From contig UYFQ01000163.1 in NCBI GenBank assembly GCA_900617105.1, positions 62,001 to 112,421 on the forward strand: DNA of 50,421 nt. Direction: 5' to 3'. This document shows, piece by piece, positions 1-11,944 of the stretch; within the stretch, counting starts at the first letter, position 1; every line of letters starts with the position of its first letter. The position numbers were made by a program, and so were the translations under genes. This DNA comes from Hydrurus foetidus (taxonomy: Eukaryota). Under the pieces are notes generated by a model. The model ran no database searches. It saw nothing but the letters and a program-made list of their open reading frames with translations, and had not been told where the DNA came from.

Positions 1-145
1 TGTGTCTCGCACTCCAAGGCACCACCCGGTGTGGCGGCTCTCCTGTAGTGCGATTGCGATTAGAATGACGCATGAGTGGAATAGGGAGACACATGTGTGT
101 CTTCAATAGCAGTAGCACCAACTGCAGTGAGTGGCATAGCACTTA

Positions 146-2284
146 TTATGATAGTAGTACAAGGTGATGCTCGAAATGTATGGACACATGGCAAAGCGAA
201 TGCCATGAAGATGAACGTGACAGCGCCCACCTCATGCTCATGCGCTGCATGTTCGGATCGGGTCCATTGCCCATCGCAAAAGGCAGCCGCTCAATGTACG
301 CAGGCTGATCTCTCGGTCTGTCGATAGTGACAGTGCTCTGCTGTGCCCCTTCAGTGCGCTTCATGTTCATGTCCGTGCTGTCCCCGGAGGGATCGAACTC
401 GAGATCCCTACAGGGACGCACGCACTGACTGCGCGGTGACACACTGCCTGTATAGGAATTGCCTACTTTGATGTCATTTTTGCTCCCTCGTAATGATCTC
501 ATGAATGCTATCTCGTCTTGCGTCTCTTTTTCTTTCGCTTCTTCCTTTCTTTTTCTATCTGCAAATATTTGTTCATCTAAAGCTCTTTGGTAATCCAAGG
601 CAGAAGACTTCTTTGCAGCTTTGTGTCCGTCATATTTACCCCCTCTACTCTCTAACGCTGCCACCGCGTGCATGCCGCTGCCCGCTGGAGACTTTCCGTG
701 TCTAGTGCCAGCTGACTGTGGGGTTATCGGGGCTTTTCTGGGGGTCATTATTATCTCCCCACCCCTGCCCCGACTCCCTCCTCCGTTCCTTGGGGTAATC
801 TCCCCTTGATGGGGTGTGAGGTTTCTATTTTTATTTGACACTACAGCTTTACTTTTTGAATTCCGATTATGCCGAGCCAGAGCATCCTCTGAGAACTTTT
901 CTAAATTTATAAAATATTGTTGTGGCAGTAATTTGATGAGTGATACGACAGCTCATTCATTTTTTACGAATCTGAAGTGTCACAAAGCATCTAACAGATG
1001 CACGAATGCAACAGAATATCTGACAGTAGAAATGAAGATATTCTCACCTTGACTTGTGTTCCTAGCGGCATCTTTCTTCATAGCGATTCTGAGAGCATCT
1101 CTGGCGACCCTCTCTCTTTCCCGATCATCTTCATGCTGCCTTATCATTCTCTGCATCGCTTTGTCATCGCTCTGACGATCTTTTTCTTTCTCCAGTTCTT
1201 TTCTTCTCCTATCCTGAGCTATTTGATCATCTAGGGCTTTTTTATGTTCTAACGCTGCTAGTCTCTTTCTGTCCAGTTCATCACCCTGTCCCATGACACT
1301 CGGTTTCCATCCAGAAGGCGTTATCTGAGAATCCACTATGACTGATGAAACGCCGTACATGTCATTGACAAGTCTCAGTCTAGCTTGTGTTGGGGATGAC
1401 TTCGATACTGTGGGATTTTCGTAGTTGTCATTATATGATTGTTGAGCTTGAGGTTGAGGAGGAGGCTGATATTCATAACGGTCAGAAGAGCCATAATCAC
1501 TGCTATAAGAATTGTACTGCGGGGGATTTTGATCGTATTGCTGAGGATTGGGATTATATTGCGGTGGATTATATTGAGAAGGATTAGAGTATTGCTGTTG
1601 TGAACCAGCATTATGTTGAGACTGATTCGGGTTGGAGTACTGAGGATTCAGATCGTACGCAGCAGGGTGGTGATTATATTCTTGTCTGCTAAAACTTGGG
1701 CGATGCCCTCCTTGCACTGCGTCCTCTTGACTTTGTCCTCGTTCGCTGGGAATGGGTTGGTTCCCCCTTTCCCTTTCCCTTTCCCTTTCAGATCCAGTAT
1801 AGCTATTGTTATTGTAGTCACTTCGGTCACTTCCAAGTCTCTTCTCAGGCGATTGACTTCTGTTTTGCATTCTACCATTTGCGTCCTTTGTATTATTCCC
1901 GAATGAATCAAGCTGTCTTTTGTATTCAACTTGCTTCGCCCTTTTAAGAGCACGTTCGGTTGCAGGATCTGCTCCAAAACAGCTCTGCAGTTCAGAAGGT
2001 TGTGAAATATGCTGACCATTGTGATAGGCGTTACTGTTGGCACTTGTACTTCCTCTTTCACTCATATGATCATGATAACTTTTCTGTGAGTTGGGTGAAT
2101 TATTAGAAATCATAGATTTCAGCTCGTGGCGGTTCATCTCATCTCTAACTGCTGAGTCGAAATCCTTGATCCTTCCACCTCTCGGTTTATTTGTAGGTGC
2201 ATGAAAGTTGTGACCATTCTTGTAATCAAGAACGTTCTGTCTTGAGTGTGGCCGCAGCACTTTTGATGCTGGCATCATTTTCAT
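146..2284 (-). CDS. Hypothetical coiled-coil, low-complexity protein with repeated (Y/H)xxxLDxQI-type charged motifs (CSPP1/CCDC66-like); at least 2 exons, 3' end unresolved
   Basis: ORFs 980-2302 and 146-841 join in frame through a GT-AG intron at 901-1047 (SQ-E-KFSEDALARH). The motif occurs three times: KQVEYKRQLD, EHKKALDDQIAQDRRRKE, DYQRALDEQIFADRKRKE. A Q/Y/N/P-rich spacer is present. A possible further donor near 230 means the gene may continue past the window start. The family resemblance is from memory. Confidence 0.6.
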
Positions 2285-2586
2285 CTTGCAATAGAATGAC
2301 ACGGACCTCGTTACTGATGCGAGAAGCTTCCTCTACTAGTCGACCGGGATAAGTGGGTTCATCCTGAGACAGTAACATGTAATCCTCATTGCTCTTCAAT
2401 TACTGAGGTACTTCTCTCCGTGATTCCAGCAAAGATTCTAAGATGATTCCTGCAAACGATGTGATGGTTGATGTCGTCTCCTCATCTTTTGAAACGTGTG
2501 CGATATTATCAGCTAGTATACCGAAACGAAACCGTCATTTTGACCGATTGATTTTATTTCCTCGAAAACTGAAATGCTTCGCTGTA

Positions 2587-3033
2587 CCCGTGGAGTGCCA
2601 TATGTTTTGTAATGCAGTGGTATTACAGCGAAAAAGCCTCCGAAATATTGAGGCTCTGGATTTATTTGAAGACACCTGAAAACGTCTCCATCAATATTGC
2701 TTCTAATGACAAACTGATCGAAGATTCGGATTCAGGGAGATTATTTTAGTCTGGTTGTCGATTCTGAAGTCTTCTAGGGATTTTGTCGTTAGCTAAATTT
2801 CCAACCCCCGGTACTGAGATTGACCGAATCATGACTTTAGATGACAAGATGACTGTAAAGAACTTCTGAGATGTTCATGACATCACATAGTTTCTTGTCT
2901 GAAATGTCCAGATTACCTTAGATTCGTCATTCGATTAAGAGGGGCATCATAACAGCTAAAGAGCTTTATAAAATATGTTCAAATGTGCATGTTTTCGTGA
3001 AAACTGGAATACAAAACATATGGCACTCGACGG
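2587..3033. mobile_element. Putative MITE / non-autonomous Tc1-mariner-type element
   Basis: Perfect 19-bp inverted repeat GAGTGCCATATGTTTTGTA (2593-2611) / TACAAAACATATGGCACTC (3010-3028). It extends imperfectly to the termini CCCGTG / GACGG, with TA immediately outside each end (2585-2586, 3034-3035). No convincing ORF inside. Confidence 0.5.
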
Positions 3034-3720
3034 TAGTTCCATCTGATTGTGATCGATGATTGATCCCATCTGTTGGGGCATGCTATTCTGCGGGAGATTT
3101 TCAGCTGCAAATTGAAGCAGACGTCGATAAAGTCGACAGATCACCAGCAGTGAGACCTTTGGAGTTTTGATGACCGAAAAAATAATTCAACTCACGTTGA
3201 AGGAAGTGAAGCATGGACGGAGTACAGATTTTCGCTGGTATAGGATGTGTAGGGAGCGGTATTCTAATAGATTTCTCCCACTTTTATAAAAAGGCATGGA
3301 GAAGAATTAGGACTGACTTCTTTCAACGATAGAATAAGCAATTAACCATGATTCAGAGTGTCGCCACCATCAAAGTTATGTATCGTCTATGCTATCAAGA
3401 TCTTTATTTGTGTCGTGGCTGTCTCCCCTGAAGCCTTTTCAATAGACTCCGATTGGCAAACTCTCGTTGCTAAAATTTGAATCAGATCCTTTCTATGAAT
3501 ATTGATCGTCTAATCGCAATCAATAGTACCCCAACATCGTAAATTAAGAAAGTCCTCTGTCATGTCCGCGTATGTACACATTGCATATTGCTGTACGTGC
3601 TGCACGCAATTAGCAACAGATGTGATTTCTATAAAACACTTCACTTCAGCCACCAACAACCAGAAATCTGCTCACAAATCACAGTCGGCGTTCTCGGCTG
3701 AGCTACACGCTACATTAAAA

Positions 3721-4287
3721 ATGAATCGTTCAATGTTTGTCGCCGCGAGGGCCGTAAAAAATATGTCGTCAGTGCAGAGAACTTTTAACATGTGTACAGT
3801 AGCTTCCAAAACCATCCAGCTGACATTTGTTGATGTAGATGTGAGTACTTAGTAAAAATCGAAGCACTAGTGTCTTCGAATTGTTTTGTCAATTTTTCTT
3901 TTATTGGAATTTTTCATCCAGGGCAATCGAGCAACAGTACCTGCGAGGATCGGTCAAACATTAATGGAAGCCGCTTTGCAGCATAAAATCGACATAGAGG
4001 GCCCTTGTGGTGGAGGTGGAGCGCCGACTCAAAGTCGTCGCACAGAATCATGGGTAGAGACAACTTGGGGTGAGGGCCCCTCGTGCTTCTTTTGCCACGT
4101 GCAGATTGCATCAAAATATAACAGCGTTCTGCCAGAAATTTTCGAGCACGAGAGGAAGGGAATTGCAGATATATGGGATGACGAGTACACTAGAAACTCA
4201 AGACTTGCTTGCAAAATTAGGCTGGACGCTCGACACGATGGCATGGTTGTTTACGTCCCTGATTCTCCAGTTGCCGACTGCATCTGA
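3721..4287 (+). CDS. Mitochondrial adrenodoxin-like [2Fe-2S] ferredoxin-fold protein
   Basis: Exons 3721-3840 and 3922-4287 (intron GTGAGT...CAG, 3841-3921). Basic, acid-free N-terminal presequence. Adrenodoxin-type motifs: LTFVDVDG, GQTLMEAA, IEGPCGG, CFFCHV, NSRLACKI, DGMVVYVP. Confidence 0.85.
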
Positions 4288-5499
4288 AGTAGCTCTCAGA
4301 ATACAAGGACTGTTACAACACCATTCGTTCTTGATAAATTTCACTTATGTTGACTATTGCCGGTGTCACCTTTAAGTGGAGAAGCAAGCCATGGTATGAT
4401 GTATATGATTTGGACTCGAACGGTCACAAACTTGTGATTTCATCTTAACCTGTTACAGTTTTACCTTGAGGTCAGTCAGTCCTATAATTTGTACATAGAT
4501 CTTCACTCCCGAACTCAGTCGGATCTTATTTCTTTGGTCGCAATCTGCCCGTCAAATTGACACAAATTGGAATCCTTTGTAATCAAAGCTACGCTAGTCC
4601 ATAAAACTTGGTCAGGATCCACTCAGTCGATGTCACGAGCGGAGTTGCACATCTCACTTCTGAGATACAATCAGTTCATCAAACGCTCATCGTGATATTG
4701 GGATGGGTACACAGTTCACTGATTACCCAATCAGAAATATGAGGATCACTCTACGCTAAAAGCTTCATGTGTACTGTCAGTCTCATAACATACTTACGCA
4801 CGAGGATCTTCATAACATCCTCGAATATGCGATGAATAATAAATACACAATAAATTTTTCTCTGCATTACTACTCGATTAGGTATTCGGATAGACTTCAG
4901 AGGTCTGGAGGTACGCCATTACAGAGGGAAATCCCCCAGATTCGAACTCGATTCATCGACCCAATCAATTAATCAAAAATCTTTCCCACAACCTATCAGC
5001 TATCCATTATTTATCCACTACCTGAATTCGCTTTACTACCAAACTCTGAGCGACGCAGCAATTTTTCTGCACTATTCTTTCACCTGAATTAACGGGCATG
5101 ATGATTTCAGTGATAAGAACCACTGAGAGCTTTTCTGGTGTCTCCTGACTCGAGAGATTTGCAACGTTTGATGCTCCCGTATATTATAACTCCCGTATAT
5201 TATGACAGATAAACTCAAAGTTTTAGCGAGCTACTGCTGCGACGCAGGGTAGAGCATCTTTTTCAATTTTATTTTCTACTTTTGGTGGAGGTATCATATC
5301 ATTGATAATTGATTGATAGCGACTTATTCTGATGCTGATAATAATAATTTAGATGAACCGGACACCTCCTCCAACGAGCAGGCAAGGTACCGGGTATTTA
5401 CCGGTATTCTTTACTATTATTTGTCGAGTCAATTCTACCTGATGCTACTTGCTACTGTCATGTGACAGCAGATTCTTAGACGCCTTGAATCGGCCAGTA

Positions 5500-7128
5500 A
5501 TGTTTTGTGCCTTTATTTTTGTGCTAATCTCCTCTTTCGCGACATGTCTGGGTTTGCTTTTACAGGAGAGAACCAAAGTCGGGGATGAGTTCGTTCCAAA
5601 CTATTCAGAGTTCTACAACTACAAGAATGTATCCGATAAAATGCAAGAAACGTTGTCAATCAGCTATTGCACGTTGTACGATCATGACAGCATCTATAAC
5701 TCTCGCGCTGAATCGGATTCTGATTTGCAGATTCGGGTCATTCCTCCACCGGCATCAGTCATAACACGCTGGGGCACTGAGAGACATGAGATATTCAACG
5801 TCCAAAAGATTTACATACGATCAACTGAGAATCTATGTCGCTCGAAACCATTCATAAAATACAAAAGAGGTGGTGTGCTCTACTCAAAGGGCTGCCTGAA
5901 AATGTTCAAGACTGATCGTTCAGGCGAGAGGGTGAAGGTCATCAACCGTTACGCTGCGACCCTTCATCCAGAACACGTTCGATGTGATGTTAAAGAAGCA
6001 GAAAATCAGTGCATAGTGGCCGCAGAGCATGCGTTGCAGGTGCCTGATCACATGCGCACCTTGAATTCCTATCCCTTCTTGATCACAACCAAGAACGCAC
6101 TCATATCACGGAGCGGGTTCCTTGCATTGCCATGTGGTCCCTTTGGACTGTTTGCATCTTGTGAGGCCGTGAAGTATGGGGTACCATCTGCCAATGCTCT
6201 CGTAAGTAGCGCTCAGGGTTGTCGCGATTCTAATGCAATACCAGGAGCTGATGGAAACAGCAGTTGTCCTTTCGTAACACATGATCGAGTTTTTGTGATG
6301 ACGCAGTATGACGACACACAAATAGGCCAATTCATATTAGAAGATCTTCCTAAACTAGTGTACCACCTGGATTTCTTGCTCGCCAATCCTGATGTGAAGA
6401 TTCATTACGGGTTCACGAAAAGGGCGTCAATTCCTACATTCGTCCTCCCGCATAATATCTTCAACTGGCTGGGACTTGGTGATAGACTAGTGAAAGGTTC
6501 GATCTATGGAAAAGAAATCTACGTTCCGAGAGAAGGAGGTTGTCAGGATGCAGGATATAACGCTTGGGAAGTAGTGACGGCCCGAGATACCTTCCTACGT
6601 TTAGCTGGGGTAGACCAAAATGAAGAAACGCCTAGACGCTCCATTTTGATAATCAAAAGGACAAATAGCGAATATGTGGCCAACAATGGCGACTATAAAC
6701 AACGGAGATGGCCGGCTCAAATATATGATACCCTGCTGAGAGAACTGGAAACGTCTTTTCCGAATCACAGAATTGACATATTCTCAGATTCAGATAAAAA
6801 GTTGATGAAATGTCGGGAATGTCAAATAAAACTGTTTCACAATTCCGATATAACGATAGCAATCCATGGGGCAGGATTGACAAACACCATGTTCATGAAG
6901 CCTGGAGGTGTTGTTGTAGAGGTGATTCCTGTTTTTGATACTCGACATGCCCCCTTAACGGGGATATTTCCCAGACTATCAAGTATAATTGGTCTGAGCC
7001 ATTACACGTACTACACATCCCAAGATATCAACAATTTGAATGCGGTAGAACTAGTTAAAAGCACTCTAGCTTTTGCGCTAGAGGTTGGTTTGAAACTGAA
7101 ACCCGATTTTTTATACCCTACACCGTAA
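5500..7128 (+). CDS. Glycosyltransferase family 61 (DUF563) protein, secretory pathway
   Basis: Single long ORF. First ATG (5500) is followed by a hydrophobic signal/anchor (MFCAFIFVLISSFATCLGLLL). GT61 signature QIKLFHNSDITIAIHGAGLTNTMFMKPGGVVVEVIP. Confidence 0.85.
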   Translation: MFCAFIFVLISSFATCLGLLLQERTKVGDEFVPNYSEFYNYKNVSDKMQETLSISYCTLYDHDSIYNSRAESDSDLQIRVIPPPASVITRWGTERHEIFNVQKIYIRSTENLCRSKPFIKYKRGGVLYSKGCLKMFKTDRSGERVKVINRYAATLHPEHVRCDVKEAENQCIVAAEHALQVPDHMRTLNSYPFLITTKNALISRSGFLALPCGPFGLFASCEAVKYGVPSANALVSSAQGCRDSNAIPGADGNSSCPFVTHDRVFVMTQYDDTQIGQFILEDLPKLVYHLDFLLANPDVKIHYGFTKRASIPTFVLPHNIFNWLGLGDRLVKGSIYGKEIYVPREGGCQDAGYNAWEVVTARDTFLRLAGVDQNEETPRRSILIIKRTNSEYVANNGDYKQRRWPAQIYDTLLRELETSFPNHRIDIFSDSDKKLMKCRECQIKLFHNSDITIAIHGAGLTNTMFMKPGGVVVEVIPVFDTRHAPLTGIFPRLSSIIGLSHYTYYTSQDINNLNAVELVKSTLAFALEVGLKLKPDFLYPTP

Positions 7129-7748
7129 AAGTGTTTTAGTTTCAAGCGTACATCATCGCTATTTACATGATTCAAGTTACACCTTGTTACTGCTTTACAT
7201 TGCTGTGCCTATTGCTACTATCCTTCACTGTACTAAAACAGAGCGAGCTTTACCGGAAGATTTTCTTTGATATAGCAAACAATTGCTTCGTGATAATGGT
7301 CATATTATTCCTCGATAAATGTTATGCAGCTTAACGATGAATCTTAAAATAGATAGGAATATTATTAGTTTGAGTGAAATTATCTTGTGATTCTGAACAT
7401 TAGACAAACATCTTTTCATGTTTTATTTAGTGCCGTTTATGTAGGGACTAAGATAAATTCAAAAAACACTCAATGTGTGAATTAATCTGAGCCATCACAG
7501 CATTGGATCATGATGGGGATCATGCGATGCTGTCATATTTGCACGCAGCGTTTGGAAGATTTGCTGAAATCAGGGGGACACCCTAACCATTCCCGAAACA
7601 CAACTGTAGAATCTGAGAAGACGTGATCTCCTGACCTCAATCACTTGTGTCCGCCATCTTGTAGCACTCTCGACAATGACGACAAATATTGCAGCCTTGG
7701 TACGAAATTAATACTGCTAATCTATTTAAGACTTTCATAATTATATCC

Positions 7749-10700
7749 CTACTCCGTTTCGCTTGTTGTAAATCCGTAGGAGTAGGGGTCTTGCGACCAA
7801 CCCACTGCGCTATTCCCCGGATCATCTGATGCAGGATCTGAAATACCGTTCTTCTGGATTTCAATTGGTGTGACATCGTTTGCGCCACCGCCTACTAAGC
7901 TATGTTCCACCTTAATTCCATCAATACCACTGCATCCTATCGGCAGCAACCCCAATTTACTATACGGTGTGATTCTATTAAGTGCTATAAACTGACCAGT
8001 CCCTGACCCAGGCGTCTTGAAGTCGCTTTCTGGGGTGAAGTTCATGAACGGTGAGAAAGAAATATTTTCAAGAAGAGAGCTGCTTCGGAGGGGGGTATTG
8101 TCACTTTTGCCTGTAAGGATCCCGCACAACTCCTCCGCCTCCACATACGTCTCTATTTCCATCTCTATCTCCATATCCATCCCTGCCTTAGTATTGACCT
8201 CCCCTGTGCTACTCTCCGTCCTCGATAACTCTGAACTCTCGTACGTGCGCCTCATAACTTCTTCGGGCATGCGCAGCGCAGTTAGGCATGGGTAAGGGCC
8301 ATAGTTACTGTCCATGCCACGTGTCGCTGTGGGAGTCGAAGAGTGAACAGGAGTCGCTAGCAGGCAGGCCCGATGGAGGTGTTCTAGCTTGACAGAAGGG
8401 GGAACTGCGACAGGCAGCAGCTTGGCAACATTGTCAGAGGATGCGCTTGATCGCTGTATATCAGCCCTACTGTCCTCATGCATCTTCATGCCACTGCTGC
8501 TGCTACTTGTTCTACAGGAATTAGTCGGAGCATTGTCTCTGCAGTTTACATCGCACGTTAGACGAAACAAGAGGCGGAAAGTATTCCCGTCAATCGAAGA
8601 TGGTATATTAGATAAAATGGGGAGAGGGATAGATCACCTGTCTTGGCCATCAAGCCCAGATGAAGTGCTTTGGATCCGACCGATTCCTTGAAAAAGTTCT
8701 GCGCACGTATTGAAGATGTCGTTTTTTTCAATCCTCCCACTTTGATGGAATTCATAAGGCCACGATCGGGTAGGAAAAATCACATTGTTGACGGCAGCTA
8801 ATGCTTCAGGGGGTATAAAGGGGTCGTGACGCAGGGTGTAGAAATCTTCGAATTTCTGATGCGGATTAAATATTTTTAAGCAGGACTGATCTCGATTTCT
8901 CGTCCTTTCAACCATTCGATCTCCCGTCAAAACCTCTTGGGAGGAATAGACATCTTCCCGGTTAGATTTTATCAGTCCCAGATCTCTATAGAGTGATCTG
9001 TTGGTGCACTCCGCATGTTCCTCCTGCAGTATGATCAATGTATCATCACTCATAACACGTTGCACATCTTCGTCTTCGGCCCTGTCTGCTTGGAAAGATG
9101 ATCCATCAGTGCTTCGACCTGTAAGGATGCCTCTACTTATCCCGCCAATACCATTATTGTCATCGCTATCGTCAACAACATACTCAGCAGTCGCGATGGC
9201 TTCACTCTCTTCTCTTCCTTCATCGCCACAATCATTACCCTCCATTCCCGTGCTGTTGAGGTGCAAACTATCTTGATCCTTTCTATCCATGAGAGAGCTT
9301 GAGTCGCATGTTACTGTTCTCACCCTACGGCCGCTTCTGTTGCCCTCCTCCACATCCGCTTGAAGTGCTGCCCATGACACCCACCCCTGAGACGTTTCCT
9401 GACTATTGGTGTCTACTGCACATGGGGCAGCGTCTTTGTGAGTCAGTGCATAAGTGATGACAACAGTTATGACATCAGGCTTGGAGTGTGGATAAATTAG
9501 AGTGGCTTCTGAGTAAGTCAAACAATACAATGTTACTTTATCACCTTCATAGCCGCGAGCTTTGTTGCTATCACCACCATCTGCAGTCAACGCTGGCTGC
9601 TCCTTGACTCGTTGGCCCTGTGCGACACTTTCATACTGCGCTTCTAATTTGGCTTTCCTGGCGGATATTGATGCTGGATGTTTGCGGTATCTTTTTTTGC
9701 TTACTCCTGGCAGTCCTAAACCTAAACTCCCAAGAACACTTGCACCTACACTACTACTAGCACCCTCATACAATTCTTTCAAAGTGAGTGCTTTAGGATG
9801 ATAATTCATAGACTGTTGTAGAAAAAAAGGACCAGTCTGCTCATTAAGTCCATCTCCAATCAGAATGTTGCTCGAAAGAAATCCCTCCAGGGGTCCTATG
9901 TTATAGTCAACATGCGATGACGTCACTATGTCTCCTGCCAAGATGTCCTGCAGACTATTTCGACCCCTTTTAATCCTCCCTTTGCTCCCCGCTCCAATAT
10001 CTTGTTCCACGTCTTGGTCTGAGTCTAATGTACGATTTTGATACCTCGAGGGTCTCCCTCTCTGTAACTTTTTTAAGGACACTGTTTTGTAATCACAGTT
10101 AGGCTGAGAACTTTGGGGGATTGGTTGGCGATGCGGTGCGCAAGCAGAGCTGTAATCCTGCAGTGTGATGGGGTCTCTTTGTAACCCTGCAAATATCCGG
10201 GCTGGAGTAGTGCTCGGTATTGAGTTATCTGCATATTCCTCATCCGATCTTACATCACAACTGTTGACGTTGGTACTCACGCCGACAAATAGGCAGCCTA
10301 AAGTCCCATCAGATACCCTCGAAGTGCAAAAATAGTCAACTTGCGCAGAAGGCAGTGGAAGTGATGAAGTGCGCTCGATAGGCAATTGATTGTAGCTCGC
10401 AGAGATGTATCGCAGTGCGGGTGATGTTGGTGTGGGAGTGGAGAGGAAAGGGAACATCTCCTTGTTGGCGTTGATATCGCACACTATTGTCGGGTTCGCC
10501 AGACCTGATGATGACGTACCAAATTCATAATCGTCATCACAATTTCCTGTCTGCTGATCATAGAAGCGGGACCGGTCCCAATCGTCTGCTGACATGAAAT
10601 AATGCTCTATGTCGTCAACAGAACCGTGATCACCCCGCAACTTCCCCACTGGGTGCTCCGGGTTCCCAACTCCGCCACTAATAAGGTAAGGTTCTTCAGT

Positions 10701-11401
10701 ATTGTCACGGTCATAGAGGTGTCGACTACTCATGTCTATAGAGCTGTGCTCAAGTGCAGTGGCAATCACAGGCGTATTGCCATGTGCAGAGGATGTTACG
10801 GGAATTTGTGGATCGCTTCTCTGGAATGGATGTACTGCATTGCTTCCCAGTAGATTCAGTACATTTAAGGGCGATGGAGTGCATACTCCGAAGTTCATTC
10901 CGCCAGGTCTGGTTGTGGGACACTTCTTGTAGCAATGGAACTGTCAAAATTGGAGATCGTTCAGCAATCGGAGTACATTTTACTACGATAACACTAAATT
11001 TACTGACCTGCCGAGTGCAACCAATGGATTTGTTTCGTCCGCAGCAGCACTGCTCCTTGCACTAGATGTGTTAAGTTAATTGATTTAAAAAAATGTGTCT
11101 AAAAAAAATACTGAGATATGTATTGAGATGTGTAAAAAGTACTGTCTGCATTTCACCTAAATCTTACCACGGGACAACCGTTGATGAAGATGTAGGGCCC
11201 ATGCTCCGAGACTAATTTATCAGTACATCGATTACAGAACACTTGCGGACACACTGGACATTTATGTAGATTTTTCCTTATGTTTCCGCATCTATGACAA
11301 CTTGTTCTATGATCGACAATAAAATTTGGGGTAACGTCGATGTTCCGGTTCATGCCGTCTTCGAAAATCCGACGCCCATTAGGCAGTGATACCGTCACCA
11401 T
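7749..11401 (-). CDS. Nuclear protein with N-terminal zf-4CXXC_R1-like Cys-rich finger and long disordered tail
   Basis: Exons 11401-11168, 11061-11008, 10940-8638, 8538-7749, joined in frame by GT-AG introns. Spliced finger: SCHRCGNIRKNLHKCPVCPQVFCNRC...GCPVC-KEQCCCGRNKSIGCTRQFHCYKKC. Also an RGRP AT-hook-like core and basic NLS-like stretches. Start codon uncertain. Confidence 0.7.
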
Positions 11402-11944
11402 ATATGAACATTACCAATCTCTGCTGCTAGCGTCGCGTATCCTACAATTACAAAGCACAATCCAATAAGATGAGACTGAAATAGTTTGTGAACTTTCTTC
11501 GTCGTGTCGTTTCATGCGGCCTGAAAATAATTTCATGCCTAACGCAAACCCTATGGGGACACAAAGAAATGATTTCTGAAAGTGACCCACTGATTGAAAT
11601 CTGTACGTACATACAGGACGTAACACGTCTGAAACAGAAGTGATCAGCAACCAATCAGCATTATTCAGAGATAAAATATTAGCCAGAATAATATTGAATG
11701 GTCGAGGCGGGCGCTTTGTTGCGTAGGAGCTATGTACCGCAGATACTGCTGAGTGTTCTGATCTGATTTGATCTGCAGTAGCTTTGTAAGAATCTTCTCA
11801 TTAGATACGGCTTTCTCATTTAATTACTGTGCTGTAGAACATAAAAAAAGGAATAGCGACCTACATAGGTAAGTAGGTTGTACACAGTGCGTGGAATGAA
11901 CATGAATTACAAATAAAAGTTCGCTGTCACGACACTGAATTACT

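Noticed and set aside
3213..3332. 39-aa plus-strand ORF MDGVQIFAGIGCVGSGILIDF...
   Set aside because: Too short, no recognisable motif and no independent support.
5174..5203. Direct duplication CTCCCGTATATTAT x2
   Set aside because: A simple local tandem duplication with nothing inserted between the copies; no evidence of function.
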